From the NCBI RefSeq assembly GCF_009914755.1, contig NC_060936.1: a stretch of 64,000 nucleotides of DNA; one strand, given 5' to 3'. Position numbers and translations under genes: made by a program. This DNA is from the human T2T-CHM13v2.0 reference genome, Homo sapiens. The notes below the pieces were generated by a model. The model ran no database searches. It saw only the letters and a program-made list of their open reading frames with translations, and was not told where the DNA came from. Every line of letters begins with the position of its first letter. The stretch's first letter is position 1. Below, piece by piece: positions 1-11,994 of the stretch.

Positions 1-231
1 TTTCTATTAAAATTTAAAATAGTACAAAATTTTACTACCTAAGGGAAAAACTGGCACATTAAAAAGTACAAAAATACAAATAGCATTAGAATTTGTACTA
101 AAAAAACAATTAAAGCTAACTCAAATGTCCAAATGGCAAAATATAAAATGGTACATTCAGGATATTACATACTGTGCAATCTTGGGAGATGCTATTCACA
201 TCCATAACATTAGAATGTAACATAATGAAGA

Positions 232-627
232 CCCAGCACTTTGGGAGGCCAAGGTGGGTGGATCACAAGGACAGGAGTTCAAGATCAGCCTGATAAACAT
301 GGTGAAACCCCGTCTCTACTAAAAATACAAAAATTAGCCGGGCGTTGTGGCACGCACCTGTAATCCCAGCTATGCAGGAGTCAACGAACAGCAACCCAAA
401 GTCAAAAGCTAGCTAGGAAGGAAAAATCTCATTCCTACAACTACAAAAAACAGAATTTTATCAACTTGAATGAACTTGGAATCAGATTATTTCACAGACT
501 CAGGAGTCTGAGGCAGGAGGATCGCTTGAACCTGTGAGGCGGAGATTACAGTGAGACAAGATCGCACCACTGCACTCCAGCCTGGGCGACAGAACAAGAC
601 TCCGTCTCAAAACAAACAAACAAAAAA
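232..627 (+). mobile_element. AluS (AluSg-like) SINE, slightly 5'-truncated, right arm interrupted by a 118-bp insert
   Basis: Starts cccagcactttgggaggcc, has middle A-linker tactaaaaatacaaaaattagc and ends ctccagcctgggcgacaga with an (A3C)-type tail. Imperfect TSD agaatgtaacataa (212-225) / agaacgtaacttaa (627-640). Confidence 0.95.
383..500 (+). other. Locally templated insertion (copy of ~3154-3277 MLT1E segment) inside the Alu
   Basis: About 90% identical to 3154-3277 by hand alignment. Flanked by direct repeat caggagtc (375-382, 501-508). Confidence 0.9.
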
Positions 628-639
628 GAACGTAACTTA

Positions 640-1915
640 AGAAAAAAATCAAGTAAAATTAAACAATAAAACCTTACTGATTAACATGAAGGAAGACTTG
701 ATTAAATGAAGGGTATTCTATGAATATTCAACAGTAAAGATAGACTTTCTCCTCTAAATTAATGCCATCTCAATTAAAATAGTCATGTTAATATTGACTT
801 TGTAAAATGTTTATAAAATTTATCTGTAAAAAATAGGAATAGTTTATTTTGCTCTGCAGAGTGAACAGGCAACCTACAGAATGAGAGAAAATGTTTGCAA
901 TCTATCCATCTAACAAAAAACTTAATAGAATACACAAAGAACTTAAATTTACAAGAAAAAAATCAAAAAGTGGGCAAAGGATGTGAACAGACACTTCTCA
1001 AAAGAAGACATTTATGCAGCCAACAGACACGTGAAAAAATGCTCATCATCACTGTTCATTACAGAAATGCAAATCAAAACCACAATGAAATACCATCTCA
1101 TGTCAGTTACAATGACAATCATTAAAAAGTCAGGAAACAGATGCTGGAGAGGATGTGGAAAAATAGGAAGGCTTTACACTGTTGGTGGAAGTGTAAATTA
1201 GTTCAACCATTGTGGAACATAGTGTGATGATTCCTCAAGGATCTAGAACCAGAAATACCATTTGACCCAGCAATCCCATTACTGGGTATATACCCAAAGG
1301 TTTATAAATCATTCTACTATAAAGACACATGAACAGGTATGTTTATTACTGCACTGTTCACAATAGCAAAGACTTGGAACCAACCCACATGCTCATCAAT
1401 GATAGACTGGATAAAGAAAATGTGGCACATATACACCATGGAATACTATGCAGCCATAAAAAAGGATGAGTTCATGTCCTTTGTAGGGACATGGATGAAG
1501 CTGGAAACCATCATTCTCAGCAAAATATCACAAGAACAGAAAACCAAACACCACATGTTCTCACTCACTGGTGGGAGTTGAACAATGAGAACACATGGAC
1601 ACAAGGAGGGGAATGTCACACACTAGGGCCTGTCGGGGGTAGGGGGCTACTAGGGGAGGAATAGCACTGGGAGAGATACCTAATGTAGATAACAGGTTGA
1701 TGGGTGCAGCAAACCACCATGGCACGTGTATACCTATGTAATAAACCTGCACGTTCTGCACATGTACCCCAGAACTTAAAGTATAATTTTTAAAAATAGG
1801 AATAAAAGTTACCAAGATAAAACTTTTAAAGGAAAATAGATTTGGAGGGTTTGCACTGCCAGGTATTAAAATGCATAATAAACATACAACAATGGCAACA
1901 GTAGAAGAGGTGAAT
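640..1915 (+). mobile_element. Old L1M ORF2 3' remnant (pieces ~640-828 and ~1805-1915), split by the L1PA6
   Basis: Degraded similarity to L1 ORF2 (aaaatttatctg...; gatttggagggtttgcactgccaggtattaaaatgcat). Confidence 0.55.
842..1791 (+). mobile_element. 5'-truncated L1PA6-like LINE-1 with short 5' inversion
   Basis: ORF2 C-terminus ([10 protein letters not shown]..., WNQPTCSSMIDWIKKMWHIYTMEYY). 3'UTR tacctaatgtagataacaggttgatgggtgcagcaaaccacc is L1PA6-type. Perfect 13-bp TSD aaaaataggaata (829-841 / 1792-1804). Confidence 0.92.
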
Positions 1916-1931
1916 GGTATTGTCAGTTAAC

Positions 1932-2428
1932 TGAATTAGTTTTCTGTTGCTACTGTGACAAATTACCACCCACTTAGTGGCCTAAAAAAACACACATTTA
2001 TTGTCTAGACCTCTGTTCTAGAGGTCAGAAGTTCAAAATGGGTTTGCTAGACTAAAATCAAGTATTGGCATACTGAGTTCCTTCTGGAGGCTTTAGGAGA
2101 TAATGTATTTCCTTCCTTTTTTGGCTCCTAGAGTCTCCTTACATTCTTTGACTCTTGGACCCTTCCTACATCTTCCAAGCAAGCTTCTTCAAAGCTAGCA
2201 TCTTCGAACCTCCACGGCATCATTTTGATACTCTATATTTATTCTCACAGCTTCTCTATTAAGGAACCTTGTGACTACACGGGGCCCATCTGGATAATCC
2301 AGGTTAATAGCCCATCTCAGTATCCCCTCTTTTTCTTAATTACATCTATGAAGTCCTTTTTACCTTGTTCTGATGTTCTAGGGATTAGGGGTGAACATCT
2401 TTTAGGGTCATTATTCTAGTACCTGCCA
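1932..2428 (-). mobile_element. MLT1D-like MaLR solo LTR
   Basis: Reverse complement reads gaataatgaccctaaaagatgttcacccctaatccc...ctggattatccagatgggcccc. The other end tgaattagttttctgttgctactgtgacaaattaccac is a typical MLT1 terminus. Confidence 0.8.
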
Positions 2429-2849
2429 AATTACACCCCAAAATTTATGTGTTTTTTAGAACTTTTTGTAAATAGCATATGACTGTAAATAAATTTAATA
2501 TGAAATATGAATATTATAAATTTAATATGAAACATAAAATAGGTAGTAGCCACCACCCCATCAAGATAAAAGTCATTCCTCTCATTTCAAGGGTTCTGTC
2601 ATGCACCATGTGAGTCAACTTCTTCCACCATCCCTAGGCAAACATTGATGTTCTGTCACTGTAGGTTAAATTTGTCTTTCTAGCATTTCATAAAAATAGA
2701 ATCATAGAGCATGTACTCTTTTTTATGTCTTGTCTCTTTCATGGAGCAGACTGTTTTACAGTTTAAGCATTGCTATATGTATCAGTAGTCTGTTCTTTTT
2801 TATTGCTGAATAGTATTTCACGGTACAGATTTATCATTGCTTTACTCAT

Positions 2850-3446
2850 TGTGATAGGCAGACTTCTATGAATGGCTCCCAAAGATCCTCACTCTTGTAA
2901 AAATTCCCTCCTCTTCAAGTGTAAGTGGAACCTGGGCATATGAGGAGATATCACTCTTACAGTTATGTTGCATTCCATGGCAAAAGGGCATTATTTCAGA
3001 GAGTCAAATTGAAGCACAGGAGTCCTTTAAATGAAGGTTTTTAGTGGCTGGTTTACAGAAGTCAGAGATTTAAAACGCAAGGGGGTTGAACTTGCCATTG
3101 CTATCTTTAAAGAAGGAGTAGACACATACCATGGACTTGGGGTAGCTTTTAGGAACCAATAGCAACCCAAAGCTAGCTAGAAAGGAAAAACCTCATTCCT
3201 ACAATTACAAAAAAAAAAAAAAAAAGAATTTTATCAACGACTTGAATGAGTTTGGAAGCAGATTCTTTCGCAGACACTTCAGATGAGAGTCCATCCTTGA
3301 TTTTGGCCTTGTGAGACCTTAAGCAAATAATTTAGCTAAGTCTGTCTGGACTTCTGACCTACAGAACTATAACATGATATACAGATAGACACTGCTTTAC
3401 ACCAGTGTTTGGGATAACTTTTATGCAGCAATCGTAAACTAATATA
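2850..3446 (+). mobile_element. MLT1E-family MaLR solo LTR
   Basis: Start tgtgataggcagacttcta, end gcagcaatcgtaaactaatata. Perfect 5-bp TSD ctcat (2845-2849 / 3447-3451). Confidence 0.85.
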
Positions 3447-3747
3447 CTCATTAACCTGTTAATGAATATTTGAGTTGCTCTCAGTTTGGGCTATTGTAAA
3501 TAAAGCTACAATAAACTCTTGTTTAAATCTTGTTTTTCATTTTGCTTGGATAGATATGTAGAAATGGGATTGCTGAGTTACTCTGTAAGAGTATGTTTTT
3601 CTCTATAAAAAATTGCGAATCAGTGGTTGCACTGTTTTGTATCCCCATCTGCGATGCAAGACAGTTCCATTTATTCCACATCCTTGACAACACTGTATTG
3701 TCAGTGTTTTTTATGTTAGGCTGTTTTGTGGCATGTAGTAAGGATCG

Positions 3748-4290
3748 TCATGACATTCTAAAGGAGGAAAACTTTACCTCCACCCTCTTATGGTCTCCAA
3801 GTAGGCCAGAGGATTTAGTTGGCATAAAACAGATGAACAGGAAAAAAGACTCTCTAAAGAAAATCTATTAAAATGTACAGAATTTTACATGTATGTGGGA
3901 GTACCCATAGGAAAATGAAGACCCAAAAAGCAGTTAGAGCTGAATGTTTACATACTAAATTGGACGAGTAGTAAATTGTGAAAACCTGACAAAACACAGG
4001 GACATGGGCTAGGATATTTAATTACGGAGAAGTGACTAGAGATATTGAGGGTTAGTTTACCAAGGTTGCTTTGTGCAGATTTTCCTTGGCTTAGACTCCC
4101 CATCTTTGGTGATAAGAGTATCTTTCTTCCTCCTGATATAGGGATACTATCTTTTACATGGGAGTTTCATCTCTTGCTTTCAAGAAGAAAAAGGAAGATC
4201 AGATTGCCCTTGTTGCATCTGCTATTTTCTTAAGTGCCTTTAACTCAAAATGATTCTTATGCCAAAACGGAATATTTGGGCCACCTTTCA
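3748..4290 (-). mobile_element. MER34-family ERV1 solo LTR
   Basis: Reverse complement of right end: tgaaaggtggcccaaatattccgttttggcataagaatcattttgagttaaaggcacttaagaaaatagcagatgc, matching the recalled MER34-group 5' end. Confidence 0.7.
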
Positions 4291-4733
4291 AAATGATTAC
4301 TATATGTCTTTAATTTTAGCATCTTTTAATGTACTTATTGGACATTTGTATGTTTTATGTGAGTATAATTTCATATTCTTTTATTATTGAAACATGAGTT
4401 TATATAGTTTTAATACGTGGCCTTTGTCAGGTATACTGTGAATATAATTTTCCAGCTTCTAGCTTGTCTTTTTATTTTTCTTAATGTCTCCCAACCAGCA
4501 GAAATTAAAAACTTTAATAATTTAAAAATCATTAAAGTCAAATGTATTTGTTAATAAAGTCAAATTTTTTATTTTTTAAACTTAAGGTGAGTATTTTAGT
4601 GTATCCTTGCCTTAGGAATCTTTGCCTCCCCTAAGACTGGGAAGATTTTCTCCTATATTTCCTTCAAGAAGTTTTAGAGTTTCACAGTTTGTATGTTATA
4701 CAGTTTGTGTGAAATTTAGTATCTTTCACCAGG

Positions 4734-4930
4734 TATGTTAGGCAGGATTCTAAGTTTTCCCTGAAGATTTCCCATCTCCCTGGTGTACACAGCCTATGTA
4801 ATTCTTGGATCTGTGAACCTGATAAACTTTACTTCTGTTAAGTTATGTATATGGTACAGTTGAGTCGAAAATAAAGAAATTATCCAGTGAGTCTGACCTG
4901 ATCACATGCATACTTTAAAAGCAAAGAGTT
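4734..4930 (+). mobile_element. MLT1E2-like LTR, 5' part (continues at ~11412-11560 after the L1)
   Basis: gttaggcaggattctaag...ccctggtgtacac...gacctgatcacatg...tttaaaagca. Resumes as agcagagacttttctctgg after the L1 tail. Confidence 0.75.
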
Positions 4931-4955
4931 GGGGGAAAAAAAAACAGAGTTTGTT

Positions 4956-6279
4956 GGTGCTGGCAAAATGGCAGAATAGGAACAGCTCTGGTCTGCAGCT
5001 CTCAGTGAGACCAATGCAGAAGGCAGGTGATTTCTACATTTCCAACCGAGGCACCCTCCTCATCTCATTGGGACGGGTTAGAGAGTGGGTGCAGCCCATG
5101 GAGGGCAAACAGAAGCAGGGTGGGGCATCCCCTCACCCAGGAAGTGCAAGGAGCAGAGGAGCTTCTCTTTCCCCACCAAGGGAAGCCATGAGGGACTGTG
5201 ATACCTGGCCCCTCTGGGGTACTATGCTTTTCCCACAGTTTTTGTAGTTCACAGACCTGGAAATTCCCTTATACCACTGGGGCCCTAGATTTCAAGCACA
5301 AAACTGGGCAGCTGTTTGGGCAGATGCTGAGCTAGCTGCAGTAATTTTTTTTCTCCCCCCATACCCCAGTCGCCCCTGGAACCGGGGCAAAACAGAAGCA
5401 TTCACTCCCCTGGAAAGGAGTCTGAATCCAGGGAGCCAAGTGGTCTCACTCAGTGGGTCCCATTCCCAAAGAGCCCAGTAGGCTAAGAACCACTGGCATG
5501 AAATTCTTGCTGCCAGCATAGCAGTCTGAAGTTGGCCTGGAATACTCGAGCTTGGTCGGGGGAGGGGAGTCCGCTATTACTGAGGCTTGAGTATGCGGTT
5601 TTCCCCTGACAGCGCTAAGAAGACTGGAAGGTTTGGACTGGGCCAAAAACAACACAGTGCAGTAAAGCGGCTGTGGCCAGACTGCCTCTCTAGATTCCTC
5701 CTCACTGGGCAGGGCATCTCTGAAAGAAAGGCGGCAGTCCCAGTCAGGAGCTTATAGATAAAACTCTCATCTCACTGGGATGAAGCATCTGGGGGAAGGG
5801 GCAGCTATGGGTGCAGCTTCGGTGGACTTAAAAACATTCCTGCTTGCCAGCTCTGAAGAGAGCAGCGGATCTCCCAGCACAGCACTTGAGCTCTACTAAG
5901 GGACAGACAGCCTCCTCAAGTGGGTACCTGACTCCCGTGCCTCCTGACTGGGAGACACCTCCCAGCAAGGGTCAACAGACACCTCATGAAGGGAGAGCTC
6001 CAGCTGGAATCAGGCCAGTGCCCGTCTGGGATGAAGCCTCCAGAGGAAGGAGCAGGAAGCCATCTTTGCTGTTCTGCAGCCTCTGCTGGTGATACCCAGG
6101 TAAATAGGGTCTGGAGTGGACCTCCCCCAAACTGCAACAGACCTGCAGAAGAGGAGCCTGACTGTTAGAAGAAAAACTAACAAACAAAGCAATAACATCA
6201 ACATCAACAAAAGGAACCCTCACACAGAAACCCCATTCAAAGGTTAACTCAAAGATCAAAAGTAGATAAATCTGTGAAG
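4956..6279 (+). promoter_or_regulatory. L1PA7 5'UTR (internal sense/antisense promoter region, CpG-decayed)
   Basis: GC-rich ~1.3-kb segment before the ORF1 ATG. YY1-type site degraded to caaaatggc. Confidence 0.7.
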
Positions 6280-7291
6280 ATGAGGGAAATCCAGCTCAAA
6301 CAGGATGAAAATTCCAAAAACCAGAATGACCCCTCTTCTCCAAATGATCATACTCCTCTCCAGCAAGGGCACAAAACTGGACAGAGAATGAGTTTGACAA
6401 ATTGACAGAAATAGGCTTCAGAAGATGGGTAATAACAAACTCCTCTGAGCTAAAGGAGCATGTTCTAACCCAATGCAAGGAAGCTAAGAACCTTGACAAA
6501 AGGTTATAGGAACTGCTAACTAGAAAAACCAGTTTAGAGAAGAACGTAAATGACCTGATGAAGCTGGAAAACACAGCGTGAGAACTTCATGAAGCATATA
6601 CAAGTATCAACAGCCAAATCGATCAAGCAGAAGAAAAGATATCAGAGACTAAAGATCAACTTACTAAAATGAGGTGTGAAGACAAGATTAGGAAATAAAA
6701 AAGACTGAAAATGAACCAACAAAGCCTCCAGGAAATAAGGGACTATGTGAAAAGACCAAACCTATGATTGACTGGGGTCCCTGAAAGTGATGGGGAGAAT
6801 GGAACCAAGTTGGAAAACACACTTCAAGATATTATCCAGAACTTCCCCAACCTAGCAAGACAGGGCAACATTCAAATTCAGGAAATACAGAGAACACCAC
6901 TAATATACTCCTTGAGAAGAGCAACCACAAGACACATAATCGTCAGATTCTCCAAGGTTGAAACAAAGGAAAAAATGTTAAGGACAGCCAGAGAGAAAGG
7001 TCAGGTTACCTAAAAGGGAAGCCCATCAGACTAACAGTGGATCTCTCTGCAGAAACCCTAAAACCCAGAAGCGAGTGGGGGTCAATATTCAACAAAGAAT
7101 TTTCAACCCAGAATTTCATATCCAGCCATCTAAGTTTCGTAAGTGAAGAAGAAATAAAATCCTTTACAGACAAGCAAATGCTGACAGATGTTGTCACCAC
7201 AAGGCATGCCTTACAAGAGCTCCTGAAGGAAGCACTAAACATGGAAAGGAAAAACAAGTACCAACCACTGCAAAAACACACCAAAATATAA
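6280..7291 (+). pseudogene. L1 ORF1p remnant (disrupted)
   Basis: Track fragments GVPESDGENGTKLENTLQDIIQ-NFPNLARQ and DLSAETL...LQELLKEALNMERKN...KHTKI*. Internal stops and frameshifts. Confidence 0.92.
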
Positions 7292-7354
7292 AGACCAAGG
7301 ACACTATGAAGAAATAGCATCAACTAATGGGCAAAATAATCAGCTAGCATCATA

Positions 7355-7552
7355 ATGGGATCAGATTCACACATAACAATATTAACCTTAAATGTAAGTG
7401 GACTAAATGCCCCAATTAAAAGAAACAGACTGCCCAATTGGATAAATAGTGAAGACTCATTGCTGTGCTGTATTCAGGAGACCCATCACACATGCCAAGA
7501 CAGACATAGGCTCAAAATAAAGGGATGGAGGAATATTTACCAAATGGAAAGC

Positions 7553-7587
<35 letters not shown>

Positions 7588-10500
7588 AGAAAAAAAGAAA
7601 AAAAAAAACTGCCAGGGGTTGCAATCCTAGTCTCTGCTAAAACTGACTTTATACCAACAAAGATCAAAAAAGACAAAGAAGAACATTACATAATGGTAAA
7701 GGGATCAATGCAACAAGAAGAGCTAATGATCATAAATATATATGCACCCCATACAGGAGCACCCAGATTCATAAAACAAGTTCTTAGAGACCTACAAAGA
7801 GACTTAGATTCCCACACAATAATAGTGGGAGATTTTAAAACCCCACTGTCAATATTAGACAGATCAACAAGACAGAAAATTAACAAGGTTATTCAGGACT
7901 TGAACTCAGGTCTGGACCAAGCAGACTTAATAAACATCTACAGAACTCTCCACCCCAAATCAACAAAATATACATTCTTTTCAGCACCACATAGCACTTA
8001 TTCTAAAACTGACCACATAATTGGAAGTAAAACACTCCTCAGCAAATGCAAAAGAACAGAAATCATAAACAGACTCTCAGACCACAATGCAATCAAATTA
8101 GAACTCAGGGTTAAGAAACTCACTCAAAACCACACAACTATATGGAAACTGAACAATCTGCTCCTGAATGACTACTGGGTAAATAACGAAATTAAGGCAG
8201 AAATAACGAAGTTCTTTGAAACCAATGAGAACAAAGACACAACGTAGCAGAATCTCTGGGACACAGCTAAAGCAGTATTTAGAGGGAAATTTACAGCACT
8301 AAATGCCCATATCAGAAAGTGGAAAAGATTTAAAATCGACACCCTAACATCACGGTTAAAAGAACTAGAGAAGCAGGAGCAAACAAATTTAAAAGCTAGC
8401 GGAAGACAAGAAATAACTAAGATCAGAGCAGAACTGAAAGTGACAGAGACACGAAAAACCCTGCAAAATAATCAATGAATCCAGGAGCTGGTTTTTTGAA
8501 AAGATTAAGAAAATAGACCGCTAGCCAGACTAATAAAGAAGAAAAGAGAAAATCAAATAGACATAATAAAAAATGATAAAGGGACTATCACCACTAATCA
8601 CACAGAAATACAAACTACCATCAGAGAATACTATAAACACCTCTATGCAAATAAACTTAAAAATCTAGAAGAAATGGATACATTCCTGGACACATACACC
8701 TTCCCAAGACTAAACCAGGAAGAAGTTGAATCCCTGAATAGACCAATAACAAGTTGTGACATTGAGGCAGTAATAGCCTACCAACCAAAAAAAGGCCCAG
8801 GACCAGATGTATTTACAGCTGAATCCTACCAGAGGTAGAAAGAGGAGCTGGTACTGTTCCTTCTGAAACTATTTCAAACAATAGAAAAAGAGGGACTCCC
8901 CTTTAACTCATTTTATGAGGCCAGCATCATTCTGATTCCAAAACCTGGCAGAGACACAACAAAAAAAGAAAATTTCAGGCCAATATTGCTGATGAACATC
9001 GACGTGAAAATTCTCAATAAAATACTGGTAAAGCAAATCCAGTAGCACATCAAAAAGCTTATCAACCACAGTCAAGTCGGCTTCATACCTGGGATGCAAG
9101 GCTGGTTCAACAAATACACAAATCAACAACTGTAATCCATCACATAAAAAACCGATGACAGAAACCACATGATTATCTCAATAGATGCAGAAAAGGCCTT
9201 CGACAAAATTCAACACCCCTTCATTCTAAAAACTCCCAATAAACTAGGTATTGATGGAATGTATCTCAAAATAATAAGAGCTATTTATGACAAACCCACA
9301 GCCAATATCATACTGAATGGGCAAAAACTGGAAGCATTCCCTCTGAAAATCAGCACAAGACAAGGATGCCCTCTCTCACCTCTCCTATTCAATATGGTAT
9401 TGGAAGTTCTGGCCAGAGCAATCAGGCAAGAGAAAGAAATAAAAGGTATTCAAATAGGAAGAGAGGGAGTCAAATTGACCCTGTTTGCAGACAACATGAT
9501 TGTATATTTAGAAAACCCCCCTGTCTGAGCCCAAAAACTCCTTACGCTGATAAACAATTTCAGTAAAGTCTCAGGATACAAAAATCAATGTGCAAAAATC
9601 ACAAACATCCCTATACACCAGTAACAGACAAACAGAGAGCCAAATCATGAGAGAATTCCCATTCACAATTGCTACAAGGAAAATAAAATACCTAGGAATA
9701 CAACTTACAAGGAACATGAAGGACCTCTTCAAGGAGAACTATAAACCACTGCTCAAGGAAATAAGAGAGGACACAAACAAATGGATAAACTTTCCATATT
9801 CATGGATAGGAAGAATCAATATTGTAGAAATGGCCATACTGCCCAAAGTAATTTATAGATTTAATGCTATTCCCATCAAGCTACCATTGACTTTATTCAC
9901 AGAACTAGAAAAAAAAAACTTTAAATTTCATATGGAACCAAAAACGAGTCTGTATAGCCAAGACAATCCTAAGCTAAAGGAACAAAGCTGGAGGCATCAT
10001 GCTACCTGACTTCCAACTATACTACAAGCCTACAGTAACCACACCAAAAGAGATATATAGACCAATGGAACAGAACAGAAGCTTCAGAAATAACACCACA
10101 CATCTACAACAATCTGATCTTTGACAAACTGACAAAAACAAGCAATGGGAAAAGGATTCCCTATTTAATAAATGGTGCTGGGAAAACAGGTTAGCCATAT
10201 GCAGAAAACAGAAACTGGAGCCCTTCCTTACACATTATACAAAAATTAACTCAAGATGGATTAAAGACTTAAATGTAAAACCTAAAACTGTAAAAACCAT
10301 AGATAAAACCTAGGCAATTCCATTTAGAACACAGACATGGGCAAAGACTTCATGACTAAAACACCAAAAGCAATTGCAACAAAAGCCAAAGTTGACAAAT
10401 GGGATCTAATTAAACTAAAGAGCTTCTGCCAGCAAAAGAAACTGTCATCAGAATCAACAGGCAACCTATAGAATGGGAAAAAATTTTTGCAATCTATTCA

Positions 10501-11186
10501 TCTAACAAAGGGCAAATATCCAGAATCTACAAGGAACTTGAACAGATTTACAAGAAAAAAACAACCCCATCAAAAAGTGGACAAAGGATATGAACAGACA
10601 CTTCCCAAAAGAAGACAATTATGCGGCCAACAAACATGAAGAAAGGTCATCATTGGTCATTAGAGAAATGCAAATCAAAACCACAATGAAATACCATCTC
10701 ATACCAGTTAGAATGGCAATCATGAAAAAGTCTGGAAACAACAGGTGCTGGCGAGGATGTGGAGAAATAAGGATGCTTTTACACTATTGGTGGGAGTGTG
10801 AATTAGTTCAGCCGTTGTGAAAGACAATGTGGCTATTCCTCAAGGATCCAGAACCAGAAATACTATTTGACCCAGCAGTCCCATTACTGGGTATATACCC
10901 AAAGGATTATAAATCATGATGCTATAAAGACACATGCACACGTATGTTTATTGCAACACTATTTACAATAGCAAAGACTTGGAACCAACCCAAATGCCCA
11001 TCAATGACAGACTGGATAAATAAAATGTGGCACATATACACAATGGAATACTATGCAGCCATGAAAAAAGATGAGTTCATGTCCTTTGCAGGGACATGGA
11101 TGAAGCTGGAAACCCTCATCCTCAGCAAACTAACGCAGGAACAGAAAACCAAACACCTCATGTTCTCACTGTTAAGTGGGAGCTGA
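7355..11186 (+). pseudogene. L1 ORF2p remnant (EN-RT-C domains, many stops and frameshifts)
   Basis: MGSDSHITILTLNVSGLNAPIKR (EN), [27 protein letters not shown] and [23 protein letters not shown] (RT, YADD motif damaged), KYLGIQLT, C-terminal WIxKMWHIYTMEYY. Confidence 0.95.
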
Positions 11187-11994
11187 ACAATGAGAACACA
11201 AGAACACAGGGAGGGGAACATCACACACTGGGGCTATTGTGGGGTGGGGGAAAAGGGGAGGGAGAGCTTAGGACAAATACCTAATGCATGTGGAGCTTAA
11301 AACCTAGATGACAGGTTGATAGGTGCAGCAAACCACCATGGCACATGTATACCCATGTAAAAAACTTGCCTGTTCTGCACACGTATCACAGAACTTAAAT
11401 GAAAAAAAAAAGCAGAGACTTTTCTCTGGAGGAGATGAGGGAGTCAGAGGGCATGATTGTGTGAGCAACTAGAGAGGGAAGTGACTTGAGGAAGGTTCTT
11501 CTTTGCTGAGACAGAGACAACCATGAAGCAAGGGTTGGAGACTGGCCTTCAGGAGCTGATGCTGTTCACTTCTTCTTTCTTTTCAGGAAAAGAATCTGTG
11601 ACTCCAAGAGATTAATGAGCTTATCCACTGTCACAGTGCTATTAAATAACACTGATTACAAATTCAAAATCATTTTTTACTGATTACAAATAATGTCTTT
11701 CCATTCTGCCATATTAGCTTCCACGGGTTTCATCTGTCAACTGTGATGTCTAAGATGCAATCATCAAGATCTAAATATAATTAAATTTTTTTAATATAAG
11801 ACTATCACACAGTGCAAAGAGATACTAAACTAATATTTGAATACTTAAGAAAGAGTGAATAAAAGGGTCTAGAAACTGTTTACTAAGTTTTAAGTACCAA
11901 CATTGCCCACCATATGATGTTGTACACTCTTCCACTGGTTCTGAGTTTCCTGTTAAAACATTGAAGAATGATTACATAATAATTGACTCTCTTT

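Larger units (their letters stand above)
2500..4720 (-). mobile_element. Antisense L1M (L1MC/ME-type) 3' region, in pieces ~2500-2849, ~3447-3725, ~4291-4720, split by LTRs
   Basis: Typical antisense L1M text (atttcataaaaatagaatcatag, tttttattgctgaatagtatt, cagtttgggctattgtaaataaagct, ccacatccttgacaacact). Confidence 0.7.
4956..11411 (+). mobile_element. Full-length L1PA7-like LINE-1 (inactive)
   Basis: 5'UTR ggtgctggcaaaatggcagaataggaacagctc; ORF1 and ORF2 remnants; 3'UTR ttaggacaaatacctaatgcatgtggagcttaaaacctagatgac is L1PA7-type; A tail. TSD aaaagcaaagagtt (4917-4930) / aaaagcagagactt (11408-11421). Confidence 0.95.

Noticed and set aside
5446-5655. Antisense ORF homologous to L1 ORF0 (QASVIADSPPP...SDCYAGS...GMGPTE)
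   Set aside because: The ORF0 start codon is ATA here (5575-5577 on the minus strand) and the frame stops early. It is an ordinary decayed L1 feature.
7525-10009. Longest ORFs (240, 119, 139 aa) as genes
   Set aside because: They are fragments of a disrupted L1 ORF2, not independent genes.
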